This document shows, one piece after another, positions 1 to 12,912 of a DNA stretch of 64,000 nt. The DNA is from Mobula birostris (lineage: Eukaryota): assembly GCF_030028105.1 (NCBI RefSeq), contig NC_092398.1, positions 24,753,649-24,817,648 of the forward strand, in the 5' to 3' direction. The translations under genes were made by a program, and so were the position numbers. The notes under the pieces were generated by a model. It made no database searches, had not been told where the DNA came from, and saw nothing but the letters and a program-made list of their open reading frames with translations. Every line of letters begins with the position of its first letter. Positions within the stretch are counted from its first letter, which is position 1.

Positions 1-370
1 GTTTTGTGTTTTTCAGTTGAAAAGCACGCATTAGACGCTGATTGCGCGATCGGTGCGTGATTCACGTTGTCCGCTGTTGCTCGGATACTGTTTGTTTTTT
101 TTCTTTGTTTATGCTCCGTGTAGCCCAGGTTGTCCTCGATGCCGTGTGACACTGTAACAGTTCACTTCTATATTTGATCTATCAATTGTTTTTGCTTGTG
201 AATCAATAGAGGCATTTACAGTAGGCACATAATGCTTGAAACTGACTTTTTAACCCACGCGTCTGACCTTGCGAATACATATTACCATACAGTGCATCCG
301 TCAGCACCATTACTGAATCATTCAGCCCCTCCGCAGCACCAGCAAGAAAAATTCTCTTGCGCCGTCACTG
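1..370 (+). mobile_element. 3' end of a third copy of the ZMYM1-type hAT
   Basis: Ends gcgccgtcactg at 370, followed by the TSD acgaggtg (371-378). Confidence 0.88.
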
Positions 371-508
371 ACGAGGTGCATTTGATGGGTCTGGGCTGTA
401 CTCACTGGAGTTTTGAAGAATGAAGGGAGATCCTATGAAATATTAGAAGTCCTAGATAGAGTGGATAAGGAGAGGATGTTTCCTATACCTGGGCCTTAGC
501 ACTCAGAT

Positions 509-1637
509 CTGCAGCTGGATTTTCAACTTCTTCACAGTCAGAACCCAGGCTGTAAAAATAGAGGACAAGCTCTCCTCTAAAATCACTCTGAGCACCGGTG
601 CCCCACAAGGCTGTGTACTCAGCACCCTGCTGTACTAACTCTACACCCATGATTGCGCGGCCAAGTTTCCATCAAACTCAATAGATAAGTTTGCTCCTGA
701 CACAACAATTGTAGGCCGTATCTCGGGTAATGATGCGTTTGAATGCAGAGAGGAAATTAACAACCTGGTGGCATGGTGCGAAGACAATAACCTATCCCTC
801 AACGTCAGCAAGACGAAAAAATTGGCTGTTGAATTCGGAAGGAGTTGCGGACCGCATGACCCAATTTCCATCGGTGGTACGCAAGTGGAACAGGTCAAAA
901 GCTTTACGTTCCTCGGGATCAATATCACAAATAACCTGGCTTGGTCCAACCAAGCAGAGTTCTCTGCCAAGAAAGCCCACCAGGTCTTTACTTCCTAAGA
1001 AAACTAAAGAAATTTGACCTGTCTCCTAAAACCCTCACTAATTTTAATAGATGCACCGTAGAAAGCATTCTTCTCGGGTACATCACAACCTGGTAGGGAA
1101 GTTGTCCTGTCCAAGAACGACAGAAGCTGCAGAAGATTGTGAACACGCCGCACCGCATCACACAAACCAACCTTCCATCCTTGGACTCGCTTTACACCGC
1201 ACGCTGTCGGAGCAGTGTTGCCAGGGTAACAAAGGACACAACCCACCCAGCCAACATACATTTTTCGTCCCTCTTCCTTCCGGGAGAAGTCTCAGGAGCT
1301 TGAAGACTCGTACGGCCAGATTTGGGAACAGCTTCTTTCCAACTGTGATAAGACTGCTGAACAGATCCTGAACCGGATCTGGGCCATACCTTCCAAATAT
1401 CTGGACCTGCCTCTCGGTTTTTTTGCCTTACTTCCTTACTTCCCATTTTTCTATTTTCTATTTATGACTTATAATTTAAATTTTTAATATTTATTCATTT
1501 TAACTATTTTTACTATTTTAAATATTGAGTATTTGTGATCCAGGGAGTGTGAAGCGCAGAATCAAATATCGCTGTGATGATTTTACGTTCTAGTATCAAT
1601 TGTTTGGAGACAATAAAGTATAAAGTATAAGTATAAG
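509..1637 (+). mobile_element. 5'-truncated Rex1/Babar-type LINE (RT C-terminal half, 3' UTR and tail)
   Basis: Decayed [13 protein letters not shown]..., KFADDTTIVG (in copies 2/3), WCEDNNLSLNVSKTK and RFGNSFFPTVIRLLN. Tail taaagtataaagtataagtataag. Clade assignment is from recall of motifs. Confidence 0.8.
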
Positions 1638-2300
1638 CAGAAGTGTAAGTAGAGGAGGGGAGTCCAGGACAAGAGAGCACAGCCTTGTAATAGAAAGATG
1701 TCCATTTAAAACAGAGATGAGGAGGAATTTCTTTAGCCGGAGGATGGTGAATTTGCAGAATTTGTTGAGTTTTGTTCATTTGGGCTAGGTAATTATTTAA
1801 GACGCATGCACACTCTCCCAGTTATACGTGGCCACGCGAAAGGAGGAAGAGGAACTGTGTAATGTAAAGTTGGCGGCCTTGGGTATTGAATGGAGGCATA
1901 CAAAGTAAAGTGGTTTAAACAAAAGGAAAATGTGTCTTTGCTGTTTGGCCGTTATCAGTGGTAGCGGAGGACGGTTACGATCTATCGACCTCTGGGATAT
2001 GGGCCCTGCGCACTACTGCGTATGTTTGAAGCAGAGGTCGATAGGTTCTTGATTGGAAATAACATCAAAGGTTACGGGGAGAAGTCAGGAGACTGGGGTT
2101 GAGAGAGACAATGAATCTGTCACGATGGAATCCCAGAGCAGACTTGATGAGCCAAATGGCCCAATTCTGCTCTTAGGGCTTATGGTTTTATGGTATCTAA
2201 GCTGTCTGACTTGATTCTCACAATTGACAGCAGAGAGGATGAGCGAGGTCTTGAGCAGTTGGGACTTGCTTCTGGACAGAAACGGGCCACGATGGATTCT

Positions 2301-2378
2301 GTGTCAAATTGACATCAGTGAGAATACGGTGGTGTTGACGTGTCAAATTGACATCAATGAGAATACGGTGGTGTTGAC
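2301..2378. repeat. 39-bp tandem duplication unique to unit 1
   Basis: gtgtcaaattgacatca[g/a]tgagaatacggtggtgttgac x2; single copy in units 2 and 3. Confidence 0.95.
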
Positions 2379-2416
2379 GGGGTCAGGCGACATTTCTCCA
2401 ACTTGCCCGTTCTTAC

Positions 2417-2685
2417 CTAGAGGTATCATGAGCTTCCTACTGACAGCCTCGTGTTCCATCTGACAGACGTACCACTGGCTGTCTCCAGCTAGGGGGCGGG
2501 CACTCCTAACTTGAAAGGTTCCATTGCTTTGAGGGACAACGTTGGTCGTGTCTGATCCATTGTCACCGACTTCCCCGTTTCTGACACAGTGAACTTTAAT
2601 GTCCCGGGGAAGAAGTTCTTGGCCGTGCACACCAGATACATTTGGCCCCGTTTCTTCTGAGTCAAGGCTCTGGTACAGGTAGGAG
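2417..2685 (-). pseudogene. Orphan Ig C1-set (MHC class I alpha3 / class II beta2-like) exon, copy 1, frameshifted
   Basis: Acceptor ttctccaattccttcacag and donor G|GTAAGA, phase 1-1. Reads LVCTAKNFFP[fs]RDIKVH..RNG...NGTFQVRS...YVCQMEH. Length 269 nt, one base short at ~2606. Confidence 0.85.
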
Positions 2686-4450
2686 CTGTGAAGGAATTGG
2701 AGAACAGTGTATGGGTTCAAAGTAGCTCAGCTCTCTTGTGACTGGACGGTATGGACAGAACTTCACCCTGTGTCTGATCCCGCGAGTATGTGATAGCACA
2801 GTGTACACGGGGCTTCACTCTGTGTCTGACCCCAGGAGTGGTAGATTGTGAGATCAAGAGTCCATTTTATCATACGACAGAACCACTTAATACTTTTATA
2901 ACAGCGGGGAGAAACTGTCCTTAAGCCTGGTGGGATGTCCTTTCATGCTTTTGTACCTTCTGCCCGATAGGAGAGGGGAGAAGTGAGAATCTCTAGAGGT
3001 GGGTGGGATCTCTCATGATTCTGGCTGCTGTACGCAGGCAGCGAGATGTCTATTGAGGGGAAGCTGCTTTCCTTGATGTGCTGAGATGTGTCCATGGCTC
3101 TCCGCTGTCTCTTGTGGTCACGGGCAGAGCAGTTGCCGCACTGAGCGTCGATGGATCTGGAGAGCGAGCAGAGGGCACGTTCTGACCGGCTGATCCGCTA
3201 TACTGCCGGGAACTCTGCACCTCTGGCACGTACCACTGAACGGACCGATCGTGGGCGACACGTCACACATACACAGACAAGCAAATATTAAACTCCACCC
3301 TTCAAAGCCGCAAAGATCTTTTATAAGACAATAGGATATAGGACCAGAATGCAACCATTCAGTCGATCGAGTCTGCTCTGCTGTTCCACAATGGCTGATT
3401 TATTATTCCTCTCAACCTCACTCTGCAGCTTTCTCCCAACTTTTTCTTTGCTAATCAAGAGCCGATCAACCTCCACTTTAAATCTCCCCAATGACTTGGC
3501 CTCCACAGAGTTTGTGGCAATGAATTCCACACATTTACCACTCACTGGCTAAAGAAATTCCTCCTCACCTCTGTTCTAAAAGGATGCCCCTCTATTCTGA
3601 GGCTGTGCCCTCTGGTCCTAATCTCCCCCGTTATAGGAAACGTCCTCTCCACATCCACTCTATCCAGGCATTTCAATATTTGACAGATTTCAGTGATATC
3701 CCTCCTCATTAATTAAAATCCAGCGAGCTCGTGCCCAGACTATTAAACACTCCTGTGTTAGTGCCTGTGTTGTGACTAAGAACTGAGCACACCCCGACTT
3801 TCCCTTTGGCTAGAAGTGTTTAGTTCCATGCCAGTGACAGGTTAATTGGGTGAGCAAGAAATTGACAGATGGAGAATAATGGTGGGAAAGTACGTGGTTA
3901 TCCATGTCACAGTGAAAAATGGGAAAGTACATTTTTGCAAGATGTCGCAGTACAAGGGACTAGTATATGGAACTTGAAAAGTTAGTAAGTAATTACAAAA
4001 TCGCCCTCACTCTCGGCCACACACTGCCCCCGGAGAACAACGTCCTGACTAGCAGCATCAACTGGTCCGGGTACTGCACTACCGCAGGTCACAAGATCCG
4101 ACATCATGTAGTGAGGACTGCTGATGAAATCACCGAGGTCTCCAGTGTGCATTTAATATTTCAATAATATTGGAGTAATCTTGTATATATATATAAATAG
4201 TTTGATTAAGCATTCTTGTTCATTTAAATAATTAACTTCTGGTTATACGCTTCTATGTGCAAACAAATCTCAAGGTTCTATAATTCATACGTTCCTTGAC
4301 AATAAATGCATTTAGAAACTTGAAATGTAGAAGTACGTGAATTATATACGTCATCACGTGATCACATGATACATGCGGGCCTCGCTTAAAGTTAGACTCA
4401 CATCCTTTTTAATTAGTCTAATTAGTTGAGATACAAAGTATGACATCTCA

Positions 4451-4650
4451 GTCTCCCTCTCTTCCTCCCCCTACCGTCTCTTCCTCCTCCCCCTCTCTCA
4501 TCCCCGTCTCCCCCTCTCTCTTCTCCCCTCTCCCCTCGCCCCCTCCCCTCTCCCTCTCCCTCTCCCTCCCCTTGCTCTCCCTGTCTAACCGCTCTTCCTT
4601 TCCACTACCTTGCTCTCTACCCTCTCTCTTTCCCTCTCTCTCTCCCCCCA
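4451..4650. repeat. CT-rich low-complexity polypyrimidine tract (unit 1 only)
   Basis: Almost exclusively C/T. Confidence 0.9.
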
Positions 4651-5069
4651 ATCCCCCAACCCCATTCCGGACATCTGTCAGAGGTCCTGCATAACAGTGC
4701 TTTCAGCTTTGTCAAAGACCTCTCCCATCCTTCCCACAATCCCGTTGATCTCCTGCCGTCAGGGAGAATGTACCACTGCAGGAGGACCAGGACTGACAGG
4801 TTGAGTTATAGCTTCTTTCCCCGTGCTGTTAGACTTGTAACACCCTGCTGACACGCAGCATACAGGTACACCCTGTGTGAATCTCCTGGTCACTTTTCAC
4901 CTTTAATTACTGGTATTTCACGTACTGATACGACTACTTGTTTCATTATAATACAGCCAGTAACATTACGCTGTCTTCGGTAACGATGCAGCTCACACCT
5001 CATGGCAGCCTGTCAGTGTTCAGGACAGGCCACTCGGACCTGTGCTAATATCATTTTCTGACTGTACGT

Positions 5070-5625
5070 TCAGGCCTGTGTCAGTCCCAGCTGTCTAGAT
5101 ACACAAGCCAGGGCAGTACGATCTGGAGAGCAAGTTGCTGCCCATGTGACAAGCTCCCCCTCTCCTCGCATCTGATGAACCCAAAGGAACGGCAGAGACC
5201 GATACAGTTCGGTACCAGCAGTGTCGCAGGAGTTGCCAGTCAGTGTTGACCTCAATGCCTGAGGGACTCCAGCTCCGGATTTTTCCCTCGGGATTTACTC
5301 CCTAAGACTTCCCCGTGAGTGGGTACGGCCGCAAGGCAGCGAAGGTTTGAGGTCAGAGTTTTCCTTTCTCTCAGGTGAGCTGCAAACCACAGCTGGCGCG
5401 TTCCATATGGCCAGAGCAATTGGTACTAAGGCATCAGTAACCTGCCTTTGCTCTTTTCTCCTGTCCGTAGAAACATTTCCGCCGAGCTTCGTAGCTAAAC
5501 CACACATGAAGGTCAGGAGCTGGACTTGGTTGTCAGAGGCTATTTGAGGTGCACACCATCGGGAGTATTTAATAGGTAGTGGGAGCTTGTCCCCATTACC
5601 ACACTCGGCTATAAAAATCTTAAGT
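5070..5625. repeat. ~550-bp interspersed repeat with a diverged second copy at ~6480-7025, both present in all units; possibly RTE-related
   Basis: Both copies share gagaccgatacagtt.gg.accagca, ggatttttccctcggg.tttactccc, ggtttgag.tcagagttttcc and gtcagag.ctatttgag. Confidence 0.65.
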
Positions 5626-7240
5626 AACTTTGTGTGTTTTCCATCTTGGTCCCAGAGGAACGATCTTTCCTTTAGCTGTATATAGGTGTATGGTTGAATG
5701 ACAGTAAACTGGAACTAGATCAAATAGAACGATGGCCTCTATTGTGAGGGACTTGGCATATGGAAGCACAGATGAATGTTTATAACGATGTTGGTAAGAC
5801 CGTGCCTGGTGTACTGTGTACAGTTCTGATCTTGGTCCTTAATGTAGAATTCGTTTTCAGGGTGAGTTCTGGAGATGAAGGGATTGATATATAAGGGAAG
5901 GTATGACCAGTTAGGGTCTACACTTGAGAGAGAGAGAGAAAGACATCAAGGTTGAGCGTACTGTTATCTGTGTAGGTGCAATGAAAGCCATAGAACATAT
6001 AACACAGCACAGGCCATTTCGCCCACAACCTTTTAAATTCTTCCACGAGCAGCTGTGCAGGCCAAGTCATTGGGTACATTTAAGGCAGCGATAGATCGGT
6101 TCCTGTTTAGCCAGGGCATCAAAGGGTATGGGAGAAGGCAGAGAAGTGGGGTTGACTGGTAGAATTTCATCAGCCTATGATGGAATAGCACAGCAGACTT
6201 GATGGGCCGAATGGCCTACTTCTGTTCCTATACCTTATGGTCTTATGGTCACGGGGAGAACATTCGAAGTCAGACATCAAACATACAGACATCAGTGGAA
6301 ATCGAACCCCGATCAATAATCACAGGCACTATAGAGCAATTGTGCTATCTGCTACGATAACGTGCAGTCCTTATTGTGTTAATTAGACAGCTTAGATTAA
6401 CTTTTGTTTGTAATGTACACTTTTGCTGCTGAAAAAATTGATTTTGATGGTATTTATACTGATTGAGGCCCTCTGTTGGTCCAGGTTGACCACGGTGTCC
6501 CAGATGTCTACATGATACGCAAGATGGTAGACAAACCAGAGCAGTACGATACGGTGAGCAAGCCGTTGCCGACACAACAGGCTCCCCCCTTCCATTTTGC
6601 TGATAAAGCCAAAGGAATGCCAGAGACCGATACAGTTTGGCACCAGCAGCATCGCAGTCGTTGCTAGTCAGTGTTGAACTCAATGTTCGAGTGTCTTACC
6701 TGGCTCTGGATTTTTCCCTCGGGGTTTACTCCCAAAGCCTTCACCATGGAAGGTAGTGGAGGTTTGAGATCAGACTTTTCATTCTCTTCGACGGAATGCT
6801 GATCACAGCTGATGAGCCCCATCTGCCTGAAGTGGTTGATTTTAAGGGACCAATAACCCACCTTTGCCCTTTACCCTGTTAGTAGAAATGGGTCTGCTGG
6901 GCTTAATAGCTAAGCCACATGTGAAGTTCCAGGAGCTGGACTTTGATGTCAGAGACTATTTGAGCTGTGCACCATTGGGAGCTCATTCCAACTACCTTCC
7001 CAGGCTTTAACAACCTTAAGAAATTTGTATTTATAAGCTGTGCATCTGATCCCATGATAATAAACTTGAACAAGAGAGAATGAAGAGCAGAGGGGGCTAT
7101 CGGGAAATCCCTACTCCAGACATCTGTCAGGAATGGCAGATGAAGTTCAATTCAGATCAATGCAAGGTGTTATATTTTCATGGATCAAACCAAGGCAGGG
7201 CACACACAGTGAACAGGGAAGTCCTGGTGAGTGTTGCAGA

Positions 7241-7714
7241 CACTGTTCCCTCTCACCTGTATGTGTGTGCGACCATGCAGTAACTGAAATGCTCCCGCGC
7301 ACATAGCCGTTGCTACTGCGCAGCTGAAATTCTCTTTTATATAATGTTAATATAATTTTGAAATGATGCCAATATAATTTTGGAATCTATGTTAACATAA
7401 TTGAGAAATATCATGTAATTAATTATGTTAATGAATAGAGTTTATTAAATTTCTAAATAGTAAACATACCACAAACTTTGAAACATTTTTGACTTTCAAT
7501 GCATTTACATTGTCAATGTTACAAGTTACAACACTGTTACAAATTGTAACAATGAACACAGAATGGAAGTCGGCAGCTCATTGTTAATAAACTGCCGGCC
7601 TGCTGAAAGTTGATGCTGTCATATTCATATTAAAAAAAAACATTTAAAGTGCCAGGTAGTTTTCAGAGCAGTGGTTAGTCCACACAGTGGTAAAAAGAAT
7701 TAGAGGGAAAGTCG
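7241..7714. mobile_element. 474-bp hAT-like MITE inserted in a CR1 fragment
   Basis: Imperfect TIR cactgttccctct / agagggaaagtcg. 8-bp TSD GTTGCAGA (7233-7240) / GTTGTAGA (7715-7722). AT-rich non-coding interior; CR1 sequence resumes on both sides. Confidence 0.75.
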
Positions 7715-8631
7715 GTTGTAGAACAGAGAGACCAGGGTGTGTTGGTACATAAAACCTTAAAGTGGCGACACGGACAGGAAATTAAAGAAGGTGTTTGTAC
7801 ACTTGCCGTCATCAGAAGGGCACTGAATACAGGAGCTGGGATGTCACGTTGTATCTGTACAAAGACTTCAAAGACAAAGTGACAAAGTACGTATACTGTA
7901 GTGGGCTGGGTTGATAAGACCGAAACTAATCGAGTGTCCGGCAAATGTAATAAGCAAACAGGCCTGACAAAGGAACTTAAACCCAATTTATTATCACAAA
8001 AATAGAAAGGCACACAAAATACTCCGTACCAAGTCACAAAGATTCCAGTGCTCACAATTCTTAGTGACCAGTTGATTGTTGTTGGGAGAACTGCGAACTC
8101 CAACTCGCTCGTGAAATCATCCTGGGTCGTAGGCATCGATCGCGGTTTCCAGTCTAAAGAATCCAGGGAAAATTGTTCCAGTAAACAGGAGATCCACAAA
8201 CGTAGAGAGAGACACACAAAGACAGACAGATGCCTTGATCTTTTGCCCTCCTGCCATTAACCGAGCCTGGTTTCCTTCATTCATTAACGCAGTGTTCAGC
8301 ATACCCTTAACATAGAACATAGAACATAGAATAGTACAGCACAGTACAGGCCCTTCGGCACACAATGTTGTGCCGACCCTCAATCCCTGCCTCCTATATA
8401 AGCCCCCACCTTAGATTCCTCCATATACCCTTACTAATCAGTTGGACACTGTAATAGCCAGTCTTTATCCATCATGCAACAATGTTTAGGACTTAACGTT
8501 CCTTGAAATTACGGACGATTAGTGTATCTTAAATGCCCTGCCTCTTCCCACTTTAAATGCCCTGCCCTAAATACCCTATAAACCTTTACGTGCACAAATG
8601 CTTCTAAATGCCTAACTGCCCTGCTTTTCAT

Positions 8632-8649
8632 ATCATCATCATCATCATC
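8632..8649. repeat. (ATC)n microsatellite: 6 units here, 9 units at 34573-34599 and in unit 3
   Basis: Direct reading. Confidence 0.9.
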
Positions 8650-11600
8650 AGTCCGATGAGCCCTGAGCCCAGACTCTCGTTTTGTGGCCACTGTCCACGG
8701 CTCCCTGGGTATCTGAGCCATTTCCTCCAGCCAAGGTAGCGCCGAACTTCAGTCTCTATCGAGGTTGTGGCTCAGACTGAAACTGATTTTTTAGCTTCGT
8801 ATCAAAGTTTTTGGTGACAGAGGGAGGTTTCACTGGTCAGGTTAGGATTTAGCGACAGGAATGTGGGGCAGTTAGAGGTCAGGCCAGATCTAGGGCTTTA
8901 CTCCACGAGCGAAGGCCACCGATGACGTGAATGAAGGACTTTGTCCAGTTGGCGAACATGTTGGACAAAGACTAGCTGGTTATCCTCCACACCCTGGGTC
9001 AGTCAGTTCGCTATACAAGCAGTGGGATTGGAGGTCGAGGAGGGCAGGATGTTTGAGGGCTGGTGACCCCTTAGCTACTCCAGTTGGTGTGTCTGGAGTT
9101 CGGGTCTAATGCCATCGATGAGGCCGGAGTTGGAGGACTGGAGTATAGGGTCCCATCATCATTGTGCCCTGTGGTCAAGGACTGAAGGTCGATTGCGAAT
9201 CTGGAAATTGAGACTCGATGGCCTCCGATGCTGGGTCTCCAACAGCCCCAGCCAGCCGGCCTTTCCTGGGTTTGGAGGACGGTCTGTGTGTGCTCGCGTG
9301 CGTGGCGGGTCAGCGGGTGAGAGGGAGGTACAAGGTTTCTTTTGCTGTTGTTCTGCTGAATGTGGTGGGCAAGCTACGTCGGCGTCAGAATGTGTGGCAA
9401 GACTGGCGGGCTGCACCCAACACAGCCTACTGGTTGTTTCGATGCACACACACAATATATCAATCAGTCCGAATCTGTGGCCGTGACCCACTTCTGGAGC
9501 GAGCTGAGATTAAGATCTCAGAAGCCACTGTTGGAGTCTTCGGGAACTGCTACGCTGTGGGAGACGGTAGCGATGATGTGAAGGCACAGCGAGGGAAGGG
9601 GACTGCCGAGGCGGGTGGGAAATGGTGCCGAGCGATTGCGGCACTGTGAGAAGGGCGGGGAAATGTGGCACTGCTGAGATCTGTCAGGAACGCCACTCTG
9701 ATGCAATCTTCTACAGCAGACGCTGCAGGTTCACACCAGCAAGTCACGTCACAGTTGTATAAAACTTTGGAAGGGGTGCACTTGGTTTAACTGTGTGCAG
9801 TTCTCTCCATCCCATTACAGGAAAGATGCGGAGGAGTGGAGGTTACAGAGAAAATAGAACACATCACAGCACAGAACAGGCCGTGCGGCCCACAATGTAA
9901 TTTGGAAAGTTCGGGGGTGGAATCTCATTGAAACCTTTCAAATGTTGAAAGGCCTAGACAGAGTAGATGTGGGAAGGATGTTTCCTATGGTAGGGGAAGT
10001 CTAGGACAAGAGGGCACAGCCTCAGGATAGAGGGGCGTCCATTTAAAACAGAGATGTGGAGAAATTTCTTTAGCCAGAGTCTGGAGAATTTGTCGAATCT
10101 GTCAGCTGTGGAGGCCAGGTCGTTGGGTGGATTTAAGGAAGAGCTTGATAGGTTCTTTACTGGACACGGCATCAAAAGTTACGGGGACTGGGGCTGTGGG
10201 GGTGGGGATCAGGCATGATTGAGTGGCAGAGCAGATTTGATGGGCCAAATAGCCTAATTCTTCCCCCATGTGTTAGGATGTTATGTCATGTCCAGCTATT
10301 TACCTACTCTAAGATCAATCTAACCCCTCCGTCCCACATAGCCCTCCATTGTTCTATCATCCATTTCCCTGTCCAAGAATTTCTTAAATGTCCCCAAAGT
10401 ATGTGTGTCCACTACCACCCCGCTGATGCGTTCCGCGCACCCACCACTCTCTGTGTGAAAAACCTACCTCTGACATCCCCTCTATACTTTCCTCTAATCT
10501 CCTTAAAATTATACCCCATCGTATTAGATATTTCCGCCCTGAGATAAAGCCTCTAGCTGTGCACTCGATCGATGCATCTTATCGTCTTGCACACCTCTAT
10601 CAGGTCACCTCTCAACATCGTTTGCTGCGGAGAGAAAAGCCCCAGCTTGCTGAATCTGTCTTCATAAGACATGCTCTCTAATCCAGGCAGCATTCTGGTA
10701 AATCTTCTCTGCACCCTCTCTAAATGAAGTGGCTTGAACTGAACACAATACTTCAAGTGTGATCTAAATGGAGTTCTGTGGAGATGAAACATTATCTGAT
10801 GGATCTGAAACTTAATCCTCCGACTGATGACGACCAATACGCCTTATGCTTTCTTCACCATTCTGTCGCCTTGCTGCCGACTTTGAGGCATCTATGGGCT
10901 CCGTCTCTGTTCCTCCACACTGCTAAAAGTCCTGACATTAACTCTGCCTTCAAGTTCAACTTTACAAAGTGAGTCATTTCACACTTTTCTGAGTGACACT
11001 CTGAGGTGTCAGAGTTCAGTGAATCAGCGATGACAGAGGCTTTGGAGAGGGTGCAGAAAAGGGGGCAAATACGACTCAAGGGTTGAAACGGCTTCTAGAT
11101 GGACACAGGATAGAGGCACAGGAGCAGTATGACATGGTCTGCCAGCATGGGCAAAGACCTCATCTCTCTGGCTGTGAAACTGCAGAGGACCCTGCCACCA
11201 CCGAGGTCTCATCACAACGACAACAGCTGTTTACCGTTTACCTCCGTGAGCGCTACACCGACATTGAATTATACTTACAAACTTACCTGTGGCAATATCT
11301 TGTGTCATGCACTGTGTATCATGTATATTTTGTATGTTTCCGTTGTCCCGGGGAACAATGCTTCGTTTGATCGTATATATGTACCGCCAGATGATAACAA
11401 ATGTGAACTTGAGAAGGAGAAAGGGTAAGTGACGCGTAGAAGTTAAATATATTATGCACTGCGTGATTGTTGACTGGAAATCGTTGTCATACAGACTCAA
11501 AGATGGTGATTTAAAGGATCATCTGAAAATATATGGACGGACACAAACGCAAGCGGAGGCTGGGGTGACAAGTGTATTTAACTATGACAGGATCGTGTTG

Positions 11601-11869
11601 CAAGCTCGGCAGATGAAGGTTAATCCGGAATTTGTGGCCTGCTACACACTGTGCGTGGGGTGAGGTTAAATGCAATCATAAAGTATTTATTGAATGGACT
11701 GGATGTTTAGAAGCTTTAATGAACAGTCGTAACTTTGGCTGGACCTCCATGTCTTTCGGAATGTAACATGGCACGGAGGGAATTTGGTAAAGAAGGAGTA
11801 AGCATCCTTCTGTTAAATGGTCGTATTTTTAGTAATGTTCAGTAAGTCATGCAGCAACTGCGTGAATAA

Positions 11870-12307
11870 TTGAACGTCGATATCTCCGACTTCCAGTTCA
11901 TTTCCCCCTCTATTTTCCATTATTTTAATTCACCACTCTGCCCCACTTACTTCCTTTCTCTTCTCCACTGCGCATTTCCTCCGCTTCCTGCCCCTTCCCT
12001 CTCTCCTGTGATCCACTCGCTTTTCCGATCTGATTCCTTCTTCTGCTATTTTTCTTCCACTTATCACCACCTAACATTGCTTCACACCCCTCTCGTATTC
12101 ACTACTTTAACTGCAACTTTCTAGTCTGTACACATTCCCCTCCGTCCACCTTATTACTCTGATTTCTTTACTCTTCCTTTCCAGTTTCGATGAAGGGTTC
12201 TGGAAAACTCGACTGTTTATTCATTCATATAGATCCTGCCTGAGCTAATGAGGCCCCCACGGTTTTGTATGCGCTGCTGAGGATGCTTAGCATCTGCAAA
12301 ATCTCTT
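11870..12307 (+). mobile_element. Penelope-like element 3' fragment (copies ~36583-37020 and ~61763-62200)
   Basis: Pyrimidine-rich tract, then gatgaagggtt..gaaaactcgactgtttatt...gatcctgcctgag, resembling chondrichthyan Penelope 3' ends (recalled, not searched). Confidence 0.55.
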
Positions 12308-12760
12308 GGCTGCAGAAATAATTGTTTTGGCACATTTGGACCGTCGTTCATTTGGCCTTCTAAGCATCACTTAGACAGAGTATTGATTAAGCAGAGATTG
12401 ACCACGGAGACGCACATGAGGAGATTAAATTAGCGTTATTGTTCGCACCCCAATCATGTGCCAAACGGTCTATTCCTGTGCTGCACTGATCTGTGTTCAT
12501 CATTTTCTCCCACGTATTTATAAAATTGAGTTAAGTGCGGATTCTTTGATTCGATTACTGGGCCAGACAGCCCTGTTTCCCATAGTTCTTGAGAGACAAA
12601 CAGAATGATAGAATGCGGCACACAACTGCTGATATTTATTCCGCGACATAGAAGCTAGTCGTTTTTACTGGAGCGGGAAGTTGAGGGAGAAGTGTCATTT
12701 TAAGAGTATCTTATTTTTCTTATTTATCGATACAGCAGGGTAGCAGGAGTTTCCACCAGA

Positions 12761-12912
12761 ACCTTCACGTCTTTGGAATGTGTATGCAACAGAGGCATCT
12801 GGAGTAAACCTCCGCCGTCGCCGATAGATCGTACAAAATTCAGAGAGACGGCTGTGGGGACTGAAACCGCGCCTCAGGCGCTGTGAAGCATTGCCTGAAC
12901 CACTACGCTACG
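12761..12912 (+). mobile_element. SINE 3' portion (HE1-like) abutting the GPCR 3' end (copies ~37467-37618 and ~62648-62799)
   Basis: cacgtctttggaatgtg...gcgctgtgaagcattg...aaccactacgctac resembles the shark/ray SINE tail (recalled). Confidence 0.5.

Noticed and set aside
2215-2300. Possible TM/connecting exon after the Ig exon
   Set aside because: In the required phase it is not hydrophobic and ends in a stop; the acceptor is lost in unit 3.
2301-2378. Short direct repeats as a CRISPR-like array
   Set aside because: Two adjacent copies with no spacer, in vertebrate DNA with no cas genes.
2747-2840. Two degenerate ~52-bp units (cttcac.ctgtgtctga.cc)
   Set aside because: Likely a remnant of a common minisatellite; too short and decayed to interpret.
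3160-3350. GC-rich stretch upstream of the Ig exon as a candidate alpha1/alpha2 or V exon
   Set aside because: No frame with MHC/Ig motifs between plausible splice sites.
4440-4804. Pro/Ser/Leu- and Glu/Arg/Gly-rich ORFs
   Set aside because: Translation artefacts of the CT-rich low-complexity tract.
7675-8217. 180-aa ORF on the minus strand
   Set aside because: Broken in units 2 and 3 and spans unrelated repeat pieces.
7946-8312. Possible solo LTR on the minus strand (TGTTA...AATAAA...TTACA, 367 bp)
   Set aside because: No matching 4-6 bp TSD, and one end overlaps a CR1 (ATAGAAC)n tail; cannot be supported without a repeat search.
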